From: Clostridiales bacterium
GTDB taxonomy: Bacteria; Bacillota; Clostridia; Christensenellales; UBA1242
Direction: 5' to 3'
DNA: 64,000 nt
Assembly (NCBI GenBank): GCA_003522085.1
Contig: DPGI01000005.1
Span: 63,044-127,043 of the forward strand
Positions 16,326 through 25,548 of this stretch are shown piece by piece; position 1 is the stretch's first letter, and every line of letters begins with the position of its first letter. The notes below the pieces were generated by a model. It saw nothing but the letters and a program-made list of their open reading frames with translations. It was not told the DNA's origin and did not search any database. The translations under genes and the position numbers were made by a program.

Positions 16326-17762
16326 ATGTCGCAAATAATAGAAAAGATTAAAGCGATTGATGCCGAAATAAAACGCCGCGAAGAAAGTGATAACTTGCTT
16401 CGCTACAACACCGGCGATAAGATACATTTAAAACAGGTTGCATTTCATAAATGCACAAAACGCAATCGTTGGGTCTTCGGTGGAAATCGCAGCGGCAAAA
16501 GCGAGTGCGGTGCGGCCGAAGTTGTCTATCTTGCCCGCGGCAATCATCCATATAAGCCCAACAAAAAAGAAGGCGTCGAAGGCTGGGTTGTGTCACTTTC
16601 ACGTCAAGTCCAAAGAGATGTTGCACAGCAAAAAATACTGCATTATCTAAATCCAAAGTGCATCGAAAAAATAGTCATGACATCTGGCCGAGCCGACAGC
16701 CCCGAAAGCGGTATAATTGATTTCATTTTAGTGCGCAATGAGTTTGGAAATCTCAGCAAAATTGGTTTTAAAAGTTGCGACCAAACTCGCGCAAAATTTC
16801 AAGGTTCATCGCTTGATTTTGTGTGGTTTGATGAAGAGCCGCCATTCGATATTTATCGCGAATGCCAGATGCGTGTGCTTGATAAACAAGGCGAAATATT
16901 TGGAACGATGACCCCGCTAAAAGGGCTGACATGGGTTTATAAAGAAATCTATCTAAACGCAAATAATTCGCCAGAAGTATGGCATGAAAGTATGTCTTGG
17001 CACGACAATCCCTTTCTTTCAAAAACCGAAATTGACTTCTTTTCGTCGTGCCTGCCCGAAGATGAACTCGCCAGCCGTCGTGACGGTAAATTTACTGCTC
17101 TTGGCGGTCAAGTTTATCCTGAGTTTGACGAAAACGTGCACATCATTGAGCCCTTTGATGTTCCGCTTGAATGGCAAGACAACATTTCAATCGACCCAGG
17201 TCTAAACAACCCGCTTTCCGCGCATTGGTATGCAGTTGATTTTGATGGAAACGTCTATGTCGTCGCCGAGCACTTTGAAGCTAAAAAAGACGTTGTTTAT
17301 CACGCTGAAAGACTCAAACAAATTTCTCAGCGCTTATCGTGGAAAAGAGAGCGCAACGGAATGCTTGGCGCACTTATCGACAGCGCAGCAACTCAGCGCA
17401 CGTTAGCGGCAACGAAAAGCGTTGTCGAACTGTTTTATGACAATGGCATCTTGGTCAATCCGCGAGTCAACAAAGATATGTTCAGCGGCATTTCAACAGT
17501 CAAACGCTATTTAAAAGACGGCGAAGGCAAGCCGCATTTGTTTATATTCAAAAATTGCACAAATTTAATTCGAGAGTTTAAATCATACTGGTGGGGCGAT
17601 CAGGATCTACCAATAAAAAATGATGACCACAGTTTGGACGAACTTAGATATTATTTAATGTCAAAACCAAAAATACCTCAAAAAAATGAAATAAAAAATG
17701 AATTATATGAAGAAAAAATGCGTTTAATGCGCAAATTAAAGGCGAAAAAAACAAGATTTTGA
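16326..17762 (+). CDS. phage terminase large subunit (Terminase_6/PBSX-like), orphan
   Basis: Walker A GGNRSGKS, Walker B LDFVWFDEE, and a C-terminal nuclease-type region (ISIDPG, DDHSLDELRYYLM). RBS is ggggggag. Confidence 0.8.
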   Translation: MSQIIEKIKAIDAEIKRREESDNLLRYNTGDKIHLKQVAFHKCTKRNRWVFGGNRSGKSECGAAEVVYLARGNHPYKPNKKEGVEGWVVSLSRQVQRDVAQQKILHYLNPKCIEKIVMTSGRADSPESGIIDFILVRNEFGNLSKIGFKSCDQTRAKFQGSSLDFVWFDEEPPFDIYRECQMRVLDKQGEIFGTMTPLKGLTWVYKEIYLNANNSPEVWHESMSWHDNPFLSKTEIDFFSSCLPEDELASRRDGKFTALGGQVYPEFDENVHIIEPFDVPLEWQDNISIDPGLNNPLSAHWYAVDFDGNVYVVAEHFEAKKDVVYHAERLKQISQRLSWKRERNGMLGALIDSAATQRTLAATKSVVELFYDNGILVNPRVNKDMFSGISTVKRYLKDGEGKPHLFIFKNCTNLIREFKSYWWGDQDLPIKNDDHSLDELRYYLMSKPKIPQKNEIKNELYEEKMRLMRKLKAKKTRF

Positions 17763-17835
17763 AATATTTTTTACATTTGTTTGGAAAAATAAAATAAATA
17801 TGATAAATTTAAATAGTAAGGAAAATATAAAAAAT

Positions 17836-20190
17836 ATGAAAAAAATATATTCATTTTTAATTTGTTTTTTACTTGCAATTTTGGCTCTCACTCCGCTTGT
17901 TACAAAAAGCGGTGAAAATTTAGATACCATTTATGCTGATGGCGAAAATCAAATCACCGTTTCGTCGGTAAGTGAACTTCGCGATATTGCCACAAAAGTC
18001 AATTCGGGCGAAGATACATATTCAGGCAAAACAATTCTTCTTACCAAAGACTTATTAGATGTCGGAACATGGACGCCAATCGGCCAAAAAGGAGCACCTT
18101 TCAAAGGCGTGTTTGACGGGCAGGGGCATACAATCTCAGGCATATCAGTCACAGACGGCCAAACCTATCAAGGTCTGTTTGGTTATGCAAGCGGCGCAAC
18201 AATCAAAAACGTGTGCGTAAAAGATTTTACATCAACCAACCTTTACAATGCTGACGGAGTTTATGTTGGCTCAATTTTGGGCGCAGGCATTCAAAACACA
18301 ACAATCGAAAGTTGCGAAGTTGATTCATCAGCATCAACCGATGCCGCATATGAAATCGTTTGCAATTCAGCAGTCGGCGGCGTAGTCGGCTATCTCGACG
18401 GTGGAAGAGTAACCAACACAAGTTCATTTATGAACGTCTATGCAACTTACAATCTCCGCAATGAATACACAATAAAAATCGGTGGTTTTGCAGGCAGAGT
18501 CGAAAACAGCATTTTTGTAAAAGCGTCATCATTTGGCGGCGTTAAAATTGAATATTCAGGCGAAGAAGCTCCAACATTAGATTCAAAATTTTATGTTGGC
18601 GGATTTGCCGGCGAAATATCTGGAGACAGCACACAAATGTTTGACGGAGTTGTAGGGGGAACCATCTCAGCCATCAATAATTATCCAGACACACAAACAA
18701 TGGTTGTGGGCAGTGTTGCAGGCGCGCTCATCGACGCTCCAACAACAGGCAAAATGACCTCAATCGCATACACACAAACTCGTGACGCATTCGGACAAAA
18801 TAACAGCGGTTATTTGACTGCAAACAATTATATTATGCAGGTTTCTGAAGGCTTAATCTCAGCGCAAGCATTCTATCAATCAGATTCATACACTTATGAG
18901 ATGAACGGCGCACAATACACCTTTGTTTGGAGCCAAGGCACCAATAAATGGGATTTCGACAGCGTATGGGTAATGGCAAATGATAAATTGCGCTTGCAAA
19001 TTTTCCAATTCTTTGACCTTTCACTTGCTGACTTTTTGGACAATGACGGCTTGCTTGAAAGAACAAGCGCAGCGCCAACGCCAGCCGACCCATCAAGAAA
19101 ACCATATGCTTACAACGAAATAGTAAACATGTCAGTAAAATTCAAAAACAGCGAAAACAACAAATATTATGACATATCTGACATTTTACTTAACGGACAA
19201 AGCCTTAACTTATCTGAATTTATCGAAACTACGTCACCAGATTATGGCACAGTTAAAACATCAAAAACAGGAGAAATTACTTTCTATAAAGACGGCGACA
19301 CCTTTCATTTGGATGTAAAAGCAACAAACTCAACCGAAGGCAAGTATTCGTTCAGATTAAAAGCGATTGAATATAAAGTTTACATCATGTCTGACGAAAA
19401 TGGGGCTGTGCGTTACAGTGGTTCATCAACACTTGCGCAAGTTCTCACTCGCGATATGTCAGCGTCAAGCAATCAAATTTCAATCGAAGCAGTAAGCAAC
19501 AAAAAATACAAGTTCAATGGCTGGTCAATCTATTATGAAGACTCAACAGCAGGCGACAAAGAATATGACCAAAAACTCTGGAAAAAGCAATCAATTTCGC
19601 TCCCAGCAACAAACCCACTTGCAATCAAATTTGCAAACGGCGCATACAATCAAAACTTCTTGTTGATGGCAAATTTTGCGTTTGACCCATGCACATTTAG
19701 TTTTGCATTTGACTCGTCAATGATCGCAAAAATCACAGTTAACAACACCGATGTTGTTTCATCTTCGGGCGAAACAGTGACGCTCGACAAAAACGAAGCG
19801 GTTTCAATTAAAGTTTTTGTAAAAGAAGAAGTTGAATTTGACAGTGCAAACCTTGAAAAAGTAATCAAATCATTCTTCTCGCGTGACACACTTTCACTCA
19901 AACTCGACACCTATAAAGACTCAATCGATCCAACGTTAACGGTCTATGAATACACATTCTCAACCTCATCGCTTGATTATGGTTCAGCATCAACTTTCAA
20001 TTTCTCGCTCACAACAAAAATAGCCGAAAAAAAAGAAGACCCAAACACAACACTTTACATTGTGCTAGGCAGTGTAGGCGGCGCACTTTTGCTTGCAGGA
20101 ATTGGCATAACAATTTGGCTTGTAATGCGTAAAAAAGCTTATGGGAAAACAGCTGCGCCAAAAGACGACTATAAAAACTATTACTATTAA
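17836..20190 (+). CDS. GLUG-motif repeat surface protein with C-terminal TM anchor
   Basis: Signal peptide MKKIYSFLICFLLAILALTPLV; the ORF track start at 17800 is an alternative. Repeated GLFG/VGG(V/F)(V/A)G motifs, and a C-terminal TM plus KK-rich tail. Confidence 0.55.
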   Translation: MKKIYSFLICFLLAILALTPLVTKSGENLDTIYADGENQITVSSVSELRDIATKVNSGEDTYSGKTILLTKDLLDVGTWTPIGQKGAPFKGVFDGQGHTISGISVTDGQTYQGLFGYASGATIKNVCVKDFTSTNLYNADGVYVGSILGAGIQNTTIESCEVDSSASTDAAYEIVCNSAVGGVVGYLDGGRVTNTSSFMNVYATYNLRNEYTIKIGGFAGRVENSIFVKASSFGGVKIEYSGEEAPTLDSKFYVGGFAGEISGDSTQMFDGVVGGTISAINNYPDTQTMVVGSVAGALIDAPTTGKMTSIAYTQTRDAFGQNNSGYLTANNYIMQVSEGLISAQAFYQSDSYTYEMNGAQYTFVWSQGTNKWDFDSVWVMANDKLRLQIFQFFDLSLADFLDNDGLLERTSAAPTPADPSRKPYAYNEIVNMSVKFKNSENNKYYDISDILLNGQSLNLSEFIETTSPDYGTVKTSKTGEITFYKDGDTFHLDVKATNSTEGKYSFRLKAIEYKVYIMSDENGAVRYSGSSTLAQVLTRDMSASSNQISIEAVSNKKYKFNGWSIYYEDSTAGDKEYDQKLWKKQSISLPATNPLAIKFANGAYNQNFLLMANFAFDPCTFSFAFDSSMIAKITVNNTDVVSSSGETVTLDKNEAVSIKVFVKEEVEFDSANLEKVIKSFFSRDTLSLKLDTYKDSIDPTLTVYEYTFSTSSLDYGSASTFNFSLTTKIAEKKEDPNTTLYIVLGSVGGALLLAGIGITIWLVMRKKAYGKTAAPKDDYKNYYY

Positions 20191-20222
20191 AGATAGCAAA
20201 AAATTAAAAATTGCAAAAAAGT

Positions 20223-21422
20223 TTATTCTTCTCGATGATTTTTGCGATTGATAAATTTTTCGCTGTCACTAGCTTTATAAATCACATCACTTCCATACTT
20301 GGAGGTGATGTTTTTTATTCCAATAGCGGTCTTGCTAGGCTTTTCGTCAAAAAATGAAATTTGCTTAGCCTTGTCAATTTTGTCAAGATTTGTTATGTTA
20401 ACGCGAACGGCGCGAATAGGCAATGAATAATCATAAAAGCTATCCAAAATTTGCATAGCATGCGCAGTTATGGTTTCGCTTGCAAAGCATGGTGCATAAG
20501 ATGCGGACTTGCCATAACGCTTCAATTCATTTGACTTAATCGAAATACTTATGGTCTTGCCTTCAAAGTGTCCGGCGATAAGACGTTTGCTGATTTTTTC
20601 CGCCAAAAAAGCGACCACTTTTTCAATATCTTCGCGCTTTTGAATATCTTTTATAGTGGTTGTCCCGTTGCCAACGCTCTTTGGCGCTGGTTGGTCATAA
20701 TAGCACATAACTTTGTCTTCTTCGCTGCCGCGCAAATTTTGCAGCAGTTTCACGCCTGTTATGCCCAAAAGGTCGTGAATATAACTTTCTTTCAGCGCGC
20801 AAAATTCGCCGATAGTGTTTATATTTATAAGTTTAAATTTGCTGTTAAGCCTTCTTCCAATCCCAACAATCGAGTTGAGTGGCAGGTGATAAGCAATCTC
20901 TTTAAATTTATCTTTTGGAATCACAGTCACTGCATCTGGCTTTTTCAAATCTGAGCCAAGTTTAGCGTAAATTTTCGAAAACGAAACGCCCACCGAAACG
21001 GTGAATCCAAACTCTTTCTTAATGCGTTCTTTAATCTCATAAGCAATTTCTTCGCCCGTCTTTCCAAGCACTTTAAGCGACGGCGTCACATCAAGCCAGC
21101 ATTCGTCAAGTCCCAGTGGTTCAACCAAATCGGTGTATTGCAAATAAACTTCATGCAAACGCTGTGAAATGTTTTCATAAAGACCGTAATGGGGAGAAAG
21201 GCAAACAAGTTCTGGGCAAATTCTTTTCGCTTCAAAAATTGTCTGACCTGTCTGAACGCCGCTCTTTTTTGCTATTTCGTTTTTGGCAAGAATAATGCCC
21301 GTTCTTTTTTCTGGGTCACCTGCAACAGCCACGGGCTTGTCTTTAAGTTCGGGGCGGGTGGCGCATTCAACCGAAGCAAAAAAATTGTTGACATCAGAAT
21401 GCAAAATAGTCCTTTCAATCAT
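20223..21422 (-). CDS. dinB: DNA polymerase IV (Y-family translesion polymerase)
   Basis: N-terminal ILHSDVNNFFASVE, SLDECWLDV-type catalytic region (LGLDECWLDV), and IGIGRR HhH motif. Confidence 0.9.
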   Translation of the reverse strand: MIERTILHSDVNNFFASVECATRPELKDKPVAVAGDPEKRTGIILAKNEIAKKSGVQTGQTIFEAKRICPELVCLSPHYGLYENISQRLHEVYLQYTDLVEPLGLDECWLDVTPSLKVLGKTGEEIAYEIKERIKKEFGFTVSVGVSFSKIYAKLGSDLKKPDAVTVIPKDKFKEIAYHLPLNSIVGIGRRLNSKFKLININTIGEFCALKESYIHDLLGITGVKLLQNLRGSEEDKVMCYYDQPAPKSVGNGTTTIKDIQKREDIEKVVAFLAEKISKRLIAGHFEGKTISISIKSNELKRYGKSASYAPCFASETITAHAMQILDSFYDYSLPIRAVRVNITNLDKIDKAKQISFFDEKPSKTAIGIKNITSKYGSDVIYKASDSEKFINRKNHREE

Positions 21423-21496
21423 TTGCTTTCGCCTCCCAAAAAATGTATAATATGAATGTAATTATTCTCTAATATTTTACAAGTTAAAGGAAATTT

Positions 21497-22204
21497 ATGC
21501 AACAAAATATGCTACAAAACTTTACAAATTCATTTTGCATAGATGGCGAAGGTGTGATAGAAAAAAACGTCGCAGCAGGTGTCAAAACGCTTAATTTGTT
21601 GACGTCAAATCCGCTTTTGGCCGCAAAAAAATATCAACAACACTCTCTCGCAGGCAAAATCATAGTCAAACCTGACGAGATTAAATTCTCAACAATAAAA
21701 AAACTGCAAAAACAAGGCATTGACCTTGCATTATATATTGATTTATCTTGTTATGATGAAAAGCAACTAGAAAAATTTTCGGCATTAAATATGCCTGTTT
21801 TTATTCCGCTTTTTGACAACTTAAAAAAGACGGGAGAAATCGCCAGCCAGTATGGCATCTCGCCCGCAAAACTGATTGAAGATATGGGATTTTTAGACCG
21901 CGATTGCACAATAGTCGGCGGCGAATATGCCGACAAAGACGACCTTGAAATTTTGGGCTTATATGGCGCGAAAATGGCGGTTTGTCCAATCTTTCAGTCG
22001 CAGCAAGGTGAAACCTTTTCAAACGTTGTGCTCATGCAAAAAATGGGGCTTAAAGTGCAGTTAGGCAGCGGCGGAAATGCTGAAATCAACATGACAGGCG
22101 AAGCCAACTATCTTTATCTTACAACGTTGTCACTGCTTGAAAACCCACAAGCGGTGTCGCGCGAAGAAATACAAAGAATGACAGGAGAAAATTATGAAAA
22201 TTGA
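21497..22204 (+). CDS. amidohydrolase-fold-like protein, short and apparently lacking catalytic residues
   Basis: The C-terminal half aligns by eye to the MtaD/chlorohydrolase C-terminal half (CP...S, LGSGGNAEINM versus LGTDG...S.DM). The His/Asp ligand positions are replaced and no HxH N-terminal half exists. It overlaps tex by 11 nt. Confidence 0.35.
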   Translation: MQQNMLQNFTNSFCIDGEGVIEKNVAAGVKTLNLLTSNPLLAAKKYQQHSLAGKIIVKPDEIKFSTIKKLQKQGIDLALYIDLSCYDEKQLEKFSALNMPVFIPLFDNLKKTGEIASQYGISPAKLIEDMGFLDRDCTIVGGEYADKDDLEILGLYGAKMAVCPIFQSQQGETFSNVVLMQKMGLKVQLGSGGNAEINMTGEANYLYLTTLSLLENPQAVSREEIQRMTGENYEN

Positions 22205-24338
22205 AGAAATCTTAGCAAGTGAATTTAGTCTTAAACAAGTTTATGCCGAAAACATAATCTCGCTTTTAGACGAAGGCAACACAATTCCATTTATCGCAAG
22301 ATACCGAAAAGAAATGCACGGCTCATGTGACGACCAAGTGCTCCGCGCTTTTTCTGACAGACTTAAATATTTAAGAAATTTGAATGAAGAAAAAGAAAAG
22401 GTTCAACGTGTAATCACCGAGCAAGGCAAGTGGACGCCAGAGCTTGAAAAAGCACTTTCAGCCGCTCAAACTTTGACAGAAGTCGAAGACATCTATCGTC
22501 CATACAAGCCAAAAAGAAAAACTCGCGCATCAGTCGCAATCGCAAATGGTTTAGAGCCTCTCGCTGACATTATTCAAAGCCAGAAGAAAGGCGTAAACAT
22601 TCAAGAAGAAGCCGCAAACTTTGTCAACGAAAACGTGCCAGATGTTGCAGCCGCAATCCAAGGCGCAAAAGATATCATCGCAGAAAGAATCAGTGACGAT
22701 GCCGAACTCCGCAAAAATTTGCGCGAACTTTTATGGGAAAAAGCCAGCCTTTTCTGCACGCTTTTAGACGGCGAAAACAAACTCACTTACGAAGGTTACA
22801 ATGGCTTTAAACAAGAAGTAAACAAGCTTCCAAGCCACCGAATCTTAGCGATAAATCGTGGCGAAAAAGAAAAGTGTTTAAAAGTTGAAACACAAGTAAA
22901 TATGGAACTTCTTTTAAACGAAATTCGCTCATCTTACAAAAAAGATAACGAACAAACCAACGAAATCATGGACGAGATAATCGAAGACTCGCTTGACCGT
23001 TTGCTTTTTCCAGCGCTTGAACGTGAACTTCGCTCAACGCTTACAGACAACGCTTGCGAACAAGCCATCAAAATGTTTGAAGTCAACTTAAAGCCACTTT
23101 TGATGGAAGCCCCACTCAAAAACAACATAATTTTAGGGCTCGACCCAGCGTATAGAACTGGCTGCAAAATCGCTGTAATCGACAAAAAAGGTGACGTATT
23201 AGACACAACAGTAATCTATCCAACACCACCACAATCAAAAACAGAAGAAAGCATCGAAAAACTTAAAGCGCTCATCGAAAAATACAATGTTGACATTGTT
23301 TCAATCGGAAACGGAACTGCATCAAAAGAAGCCGAAATCTTTGTTGCCGAACTTATAAAACACGTTTCGCGCCCAGTTTCATATGCGGTTGTAAGCGAAG
23401 CCGGCGCATCTGTGTATTCAGCATCAAAACTCGGCGCCGAAGAATTCCCAGACTATGACGTATCTCTCCGCAGCGCAGTATCAATTGCCCGCAGACTTCA
23501 AGACCCACTTGCTGAACTCATCAAAATCGACGTTAAAAGCATCGGCGTAGGTCAATACCAACACGACATGCCACAAGCACGCTTAACCGAAGTGCTTACA
23601 GGCGTTGTAGAAGATTGCGTAAACAGTGTAGGAGTCGACTTAAACACAGCATCTCCATCGCTCCTGTCATACGTTTCAGGTCTTAATATGTCAATCGCAA
23701 AAAACATAACAGCATATCGTGCAAAAATCAAAGGCTTTAAAAACAGAAGCGAACTTCTTTCTGTTCCAAAACTTGGACCAAAAGCGTTTGAACAATGTGC
23801 AGGTTTCTTGCGCATAACTGACGGAAACAACATTCTCGACAACACAGGCGTCCACCCAGAAGCATACGAAGCAACCGACAAGCTTTTGAAAATGTTTACA
23901 CTCACAGTTGACGATGTCCGTAAAGGCGAACTCAACCTTGAAAATCTCATCGCTCTTAAAGGCGAACAAAAAGTTGCCGATGAAATTGGAGTCGGCGTTC
24001 CAACACTCCACGACATCGCAAAAGAACTCGCAAAGCCGGGCAGAGACATCCGTGAAAGCATGCCAAAGCCAGTCCTTCGCAGCGACGTTTTAAGCATGGA
24101 AGACTTAAAAGAAGGCATGGTGTTCAGCGGCAAAGTGCGCAATGTTGTCGACTTTGGAGCGTTTGTTGACATTGGCGTGCATCAAGACGGCTTAGTCCAC
24201 ATTTCACAAATCTGTGATGCCTACATCAAACATCCATCAGAAGTTTTAAAAGTTGGACAAACAGTAGACGTTAAAATTTTAAGCGTCGACCTTGAAAAAA
24301 AGCGTATTTCGCTTACAATGAAAGGAATAGAAAAGTAA
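22194..24338 (+). CDS. tex: Tex-like transcription accessory protein (S1 RNA-binding domain protein)
   Basis: N-terminal IPFIARYRKE motif, central YqgF/RuvC-like and HhH regions, and a C-terminal S1 domain (GMVFSGKVRNVVDFGAFVDIG). Length 714 aa. Confidence 0.9.
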   Translation: MKIEEILASEFSLKQVYAENIISLLDEGNTIPFIARYRKEMHGSCDDQVLRAFSDRLKYLRNLNEEKEKVQRVITEQGKWTPELEKALSAAQTLTEVEDIYRPYKPKRKTRASVAIANGLEPLADIIQSQKKGVNIQEEAANFVNENVPDVAAAIQGAKDIIAERISDDAELRKNLRELLWEKASLFCTLLDGENKLTYEGYNGFKQEVNKLPSHRILAINRGEKEKCLKVETQVNMELLLNEIRSSYKKDNEQTNEIMDEIIEDSLDRLLFPALERELRSTLTDNACEQAIKMFEVNLKPLLMEAPLKNNIILGLDPAYRTGCKIAVIDKKGDVLDTTVIYPTPPQSKTEESIEKLKALIEKYNVDIVSIGNGTASKEAEIFVAELIKHVSRPVSYAVVSEAGASVYSASKLGAEEFPDYDVSLRSAVSIARRLQDPLAELIKIDVKSIGVGQYQHDMPQARLTEVLTGVVEDCVNSVGVDLNTASPSLLSYVSGLNMSIAKNITAYRAKIKGFKNRSELLSVPKLGPKAFEQCAGFLRITDGNNILDNTGVHPEAYEATDKLLKMFTLTVDDVRKGELNLENLIALKGEQKVADEIGVGVPTLHDIAKELAKPGRDIRESMPKPVLRSDVLSMEDLKEGMVFSGKVRNVVDFGAFVDIGVHQDGLVHISQICDAYIKHPSEVLKVGQTVDVKILSVDLEKKRISLTMKGIEK

Positions 24339-24545
24339 TTTAGATTAAAAAAGGAGAAAACTACGGAAAAAGACACATGCCCATATTGTGGCAGCACCTA
24401 CAAAATGATTAAAGAAAGCGGACTTGTTGGCTGTGAAAACTGCTATTTTGAAATAGCAGAACTTTCGCAAGCGGCACGCTCGCTTTTTGACGGCAAAACT
24501 TTTTCCGGCCGCGCTCCACAAAGGAGGGGACATGGACAATTTTAG
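24339..24545 (+). CDS. mcsA: mini-McsA-like zinc-ribbon ORF with no canonical start codon (possible McsB activator remnant)
   Basis: Open frame from the tex stop to TAG 24543-24545. It encodes CPYCGSTYKMIKESGLVGCENCY...GKTFSGRAP, like the second zinc ribbon of McsA. It overlaps the mcsB ATG by 14 nt. It is absent from the ORF track. Confidence 0.45.
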   Translation, partial: FRLKKEKTTEKDTCPYCGSTYKMIKESGLVGCENCYFEIAELSQAARSLFDGKTFSGRAPQRRGHGQF

Positions 24546-25548
24546 CAGTGTTGCAATCTCCTCACGAATTCGCTTAGCCCGCAACATTTCGGGCATCGAA
24601 TTTATGCCCAAACTCACCAGCGAAGACAAAATCGACTATATCTCATCTTCAATGCAGGCACTTTTGTCGGCATCTGGCGACTTTACAACGCAAAAACTAG
24701 CCGATTTGCCTTTGTCACGCTGCACATCGCTGTTAGAGCGTCACATAATCTCAAAAGCGCTTATCGAAAACAAAGACATTTCGCTTGTTTCAACAAATGA
24801 AGATGAGTCGATAATTGTTATGATTATGGAAGAAGACCACTTGCGTCTTCAAAGCATCTTGCCGGGGCTCAACCTGTTTGAAGCATATAATCAGCTCCTG
24901 CCACTCGACGAAAAAATCTCATCAAGTTTTGTCATCGCCTTTGACGACGAACTTGGCTATTTGACATCGTCGCCATCAAATCTTGGCACAGGAATGCGCG
25001 CATCAGTCATGGTGTTTATTCCAGCGCTCGAAAAAAGTGGTAGAATAAATCAGCTCATTTCCGAAGCCCGAAAGTTTGGATTGACTTTCCGCGGTGCGTA
25101 TGGCGAAGGCAGCGAAAGCAAAGGCTTTATCTATCAAATCTCAAATCAGGGTCTGCTCAGTTTAAGTGAAGAAGAAATAATCGACCGTGTAAACGACTTT
25201 TTCTTTAGCATATATGACGAAGAAATGCGTTTAAGAGCGCAAATTTATGAGCAAAATAAAGACGAACTCAACGACCAAATCATGCGTGCATATGGCATAC
25301 TCACAAATGCCTATTTGCTTGAAGAAGACGAGATGTTTTCGCTGCTTGGTATGATAAGGTTTGGGCACGAACTTGGTTTGCTTAAAATCAAAGATGTTGA
25401 CCTGTTTATGAAGCTTTTTTATCATGGCGGGGCAGCATTATTAAAAGAAATTCGACCTTTTTCGCAAGATGAAAAGGAAAACCGCATTCGAGCCGAGTAT
25501 ATAGTAAAAAGGGTAAAAAACCTAGTAAAAATAGGAGGTGAAAAATGA
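24532..25548 (+). CDS. mcsB: protein arginine kinase McsB
   Basis: SSRIRLARN, MEEDHLRLQS and NLGTGMRAS motifs of the ATP:guanido phosphotransferase family. I chose the ATG after RBS aaaggagggg; the ORF track start at 24487 is an upstream extension. Confidence 0.9.
   Translation: MDNFSSVAISSRIRLARNISGIEFMPKLTSEDKIDYISSSMQALLSASGDFTTQKLADLPLSRCTSLLERHIISKALIENKDISLVSTNEDESIIVMIMEEDHLRLQSILPGLNLFEAYNQLLPLDEKISSSFVIAFDDELGYLTSSPSNLGTGMRASVMVFIPALEKSGRINQLISEARKFGLTFRGAYGEGSESKGFIYQISNQGLLSLSEEEIIDRVNDFFFSIYDEEMRLRAQIYEQNKDELNDQIMRAYGILTNAYLLEEDEMFSLLGMIRFGHELGLLKIKDVDLFMKLFYHGGAALLKEIRPFSQDEKENRIRAEYIVKRVKNLVKIGGEK

Noticed and set aside
21423-21496. LexA (Cheo box GAAC-N4-GTTC) operator upstream of dinB
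   Set aside because: No GAAC-N4-GTTC-like palindrome was found on either strand of the dinB/21497 divergent region, so no SOS-box claim is made.
23552-24172. 206-aa and other long minus-strand ORFs inside tex, and similar ones inside clpC, valS, recN, pheT, the ABC genes and the NTP-transferase gene
   Set aside because: These are shadow ORFs, fully nested antisense to strongly supported genes. They have S/R/L-rich composition and no RBS.
24345-24629. 94-aa minus-strand ORF spanning the tex-mcsB junction
   Set aside because: It is antisense to the McsA-like zinc-ribbon frame and to the mcsB start. The plus-strand reading has recognisable motifs and this one has none.
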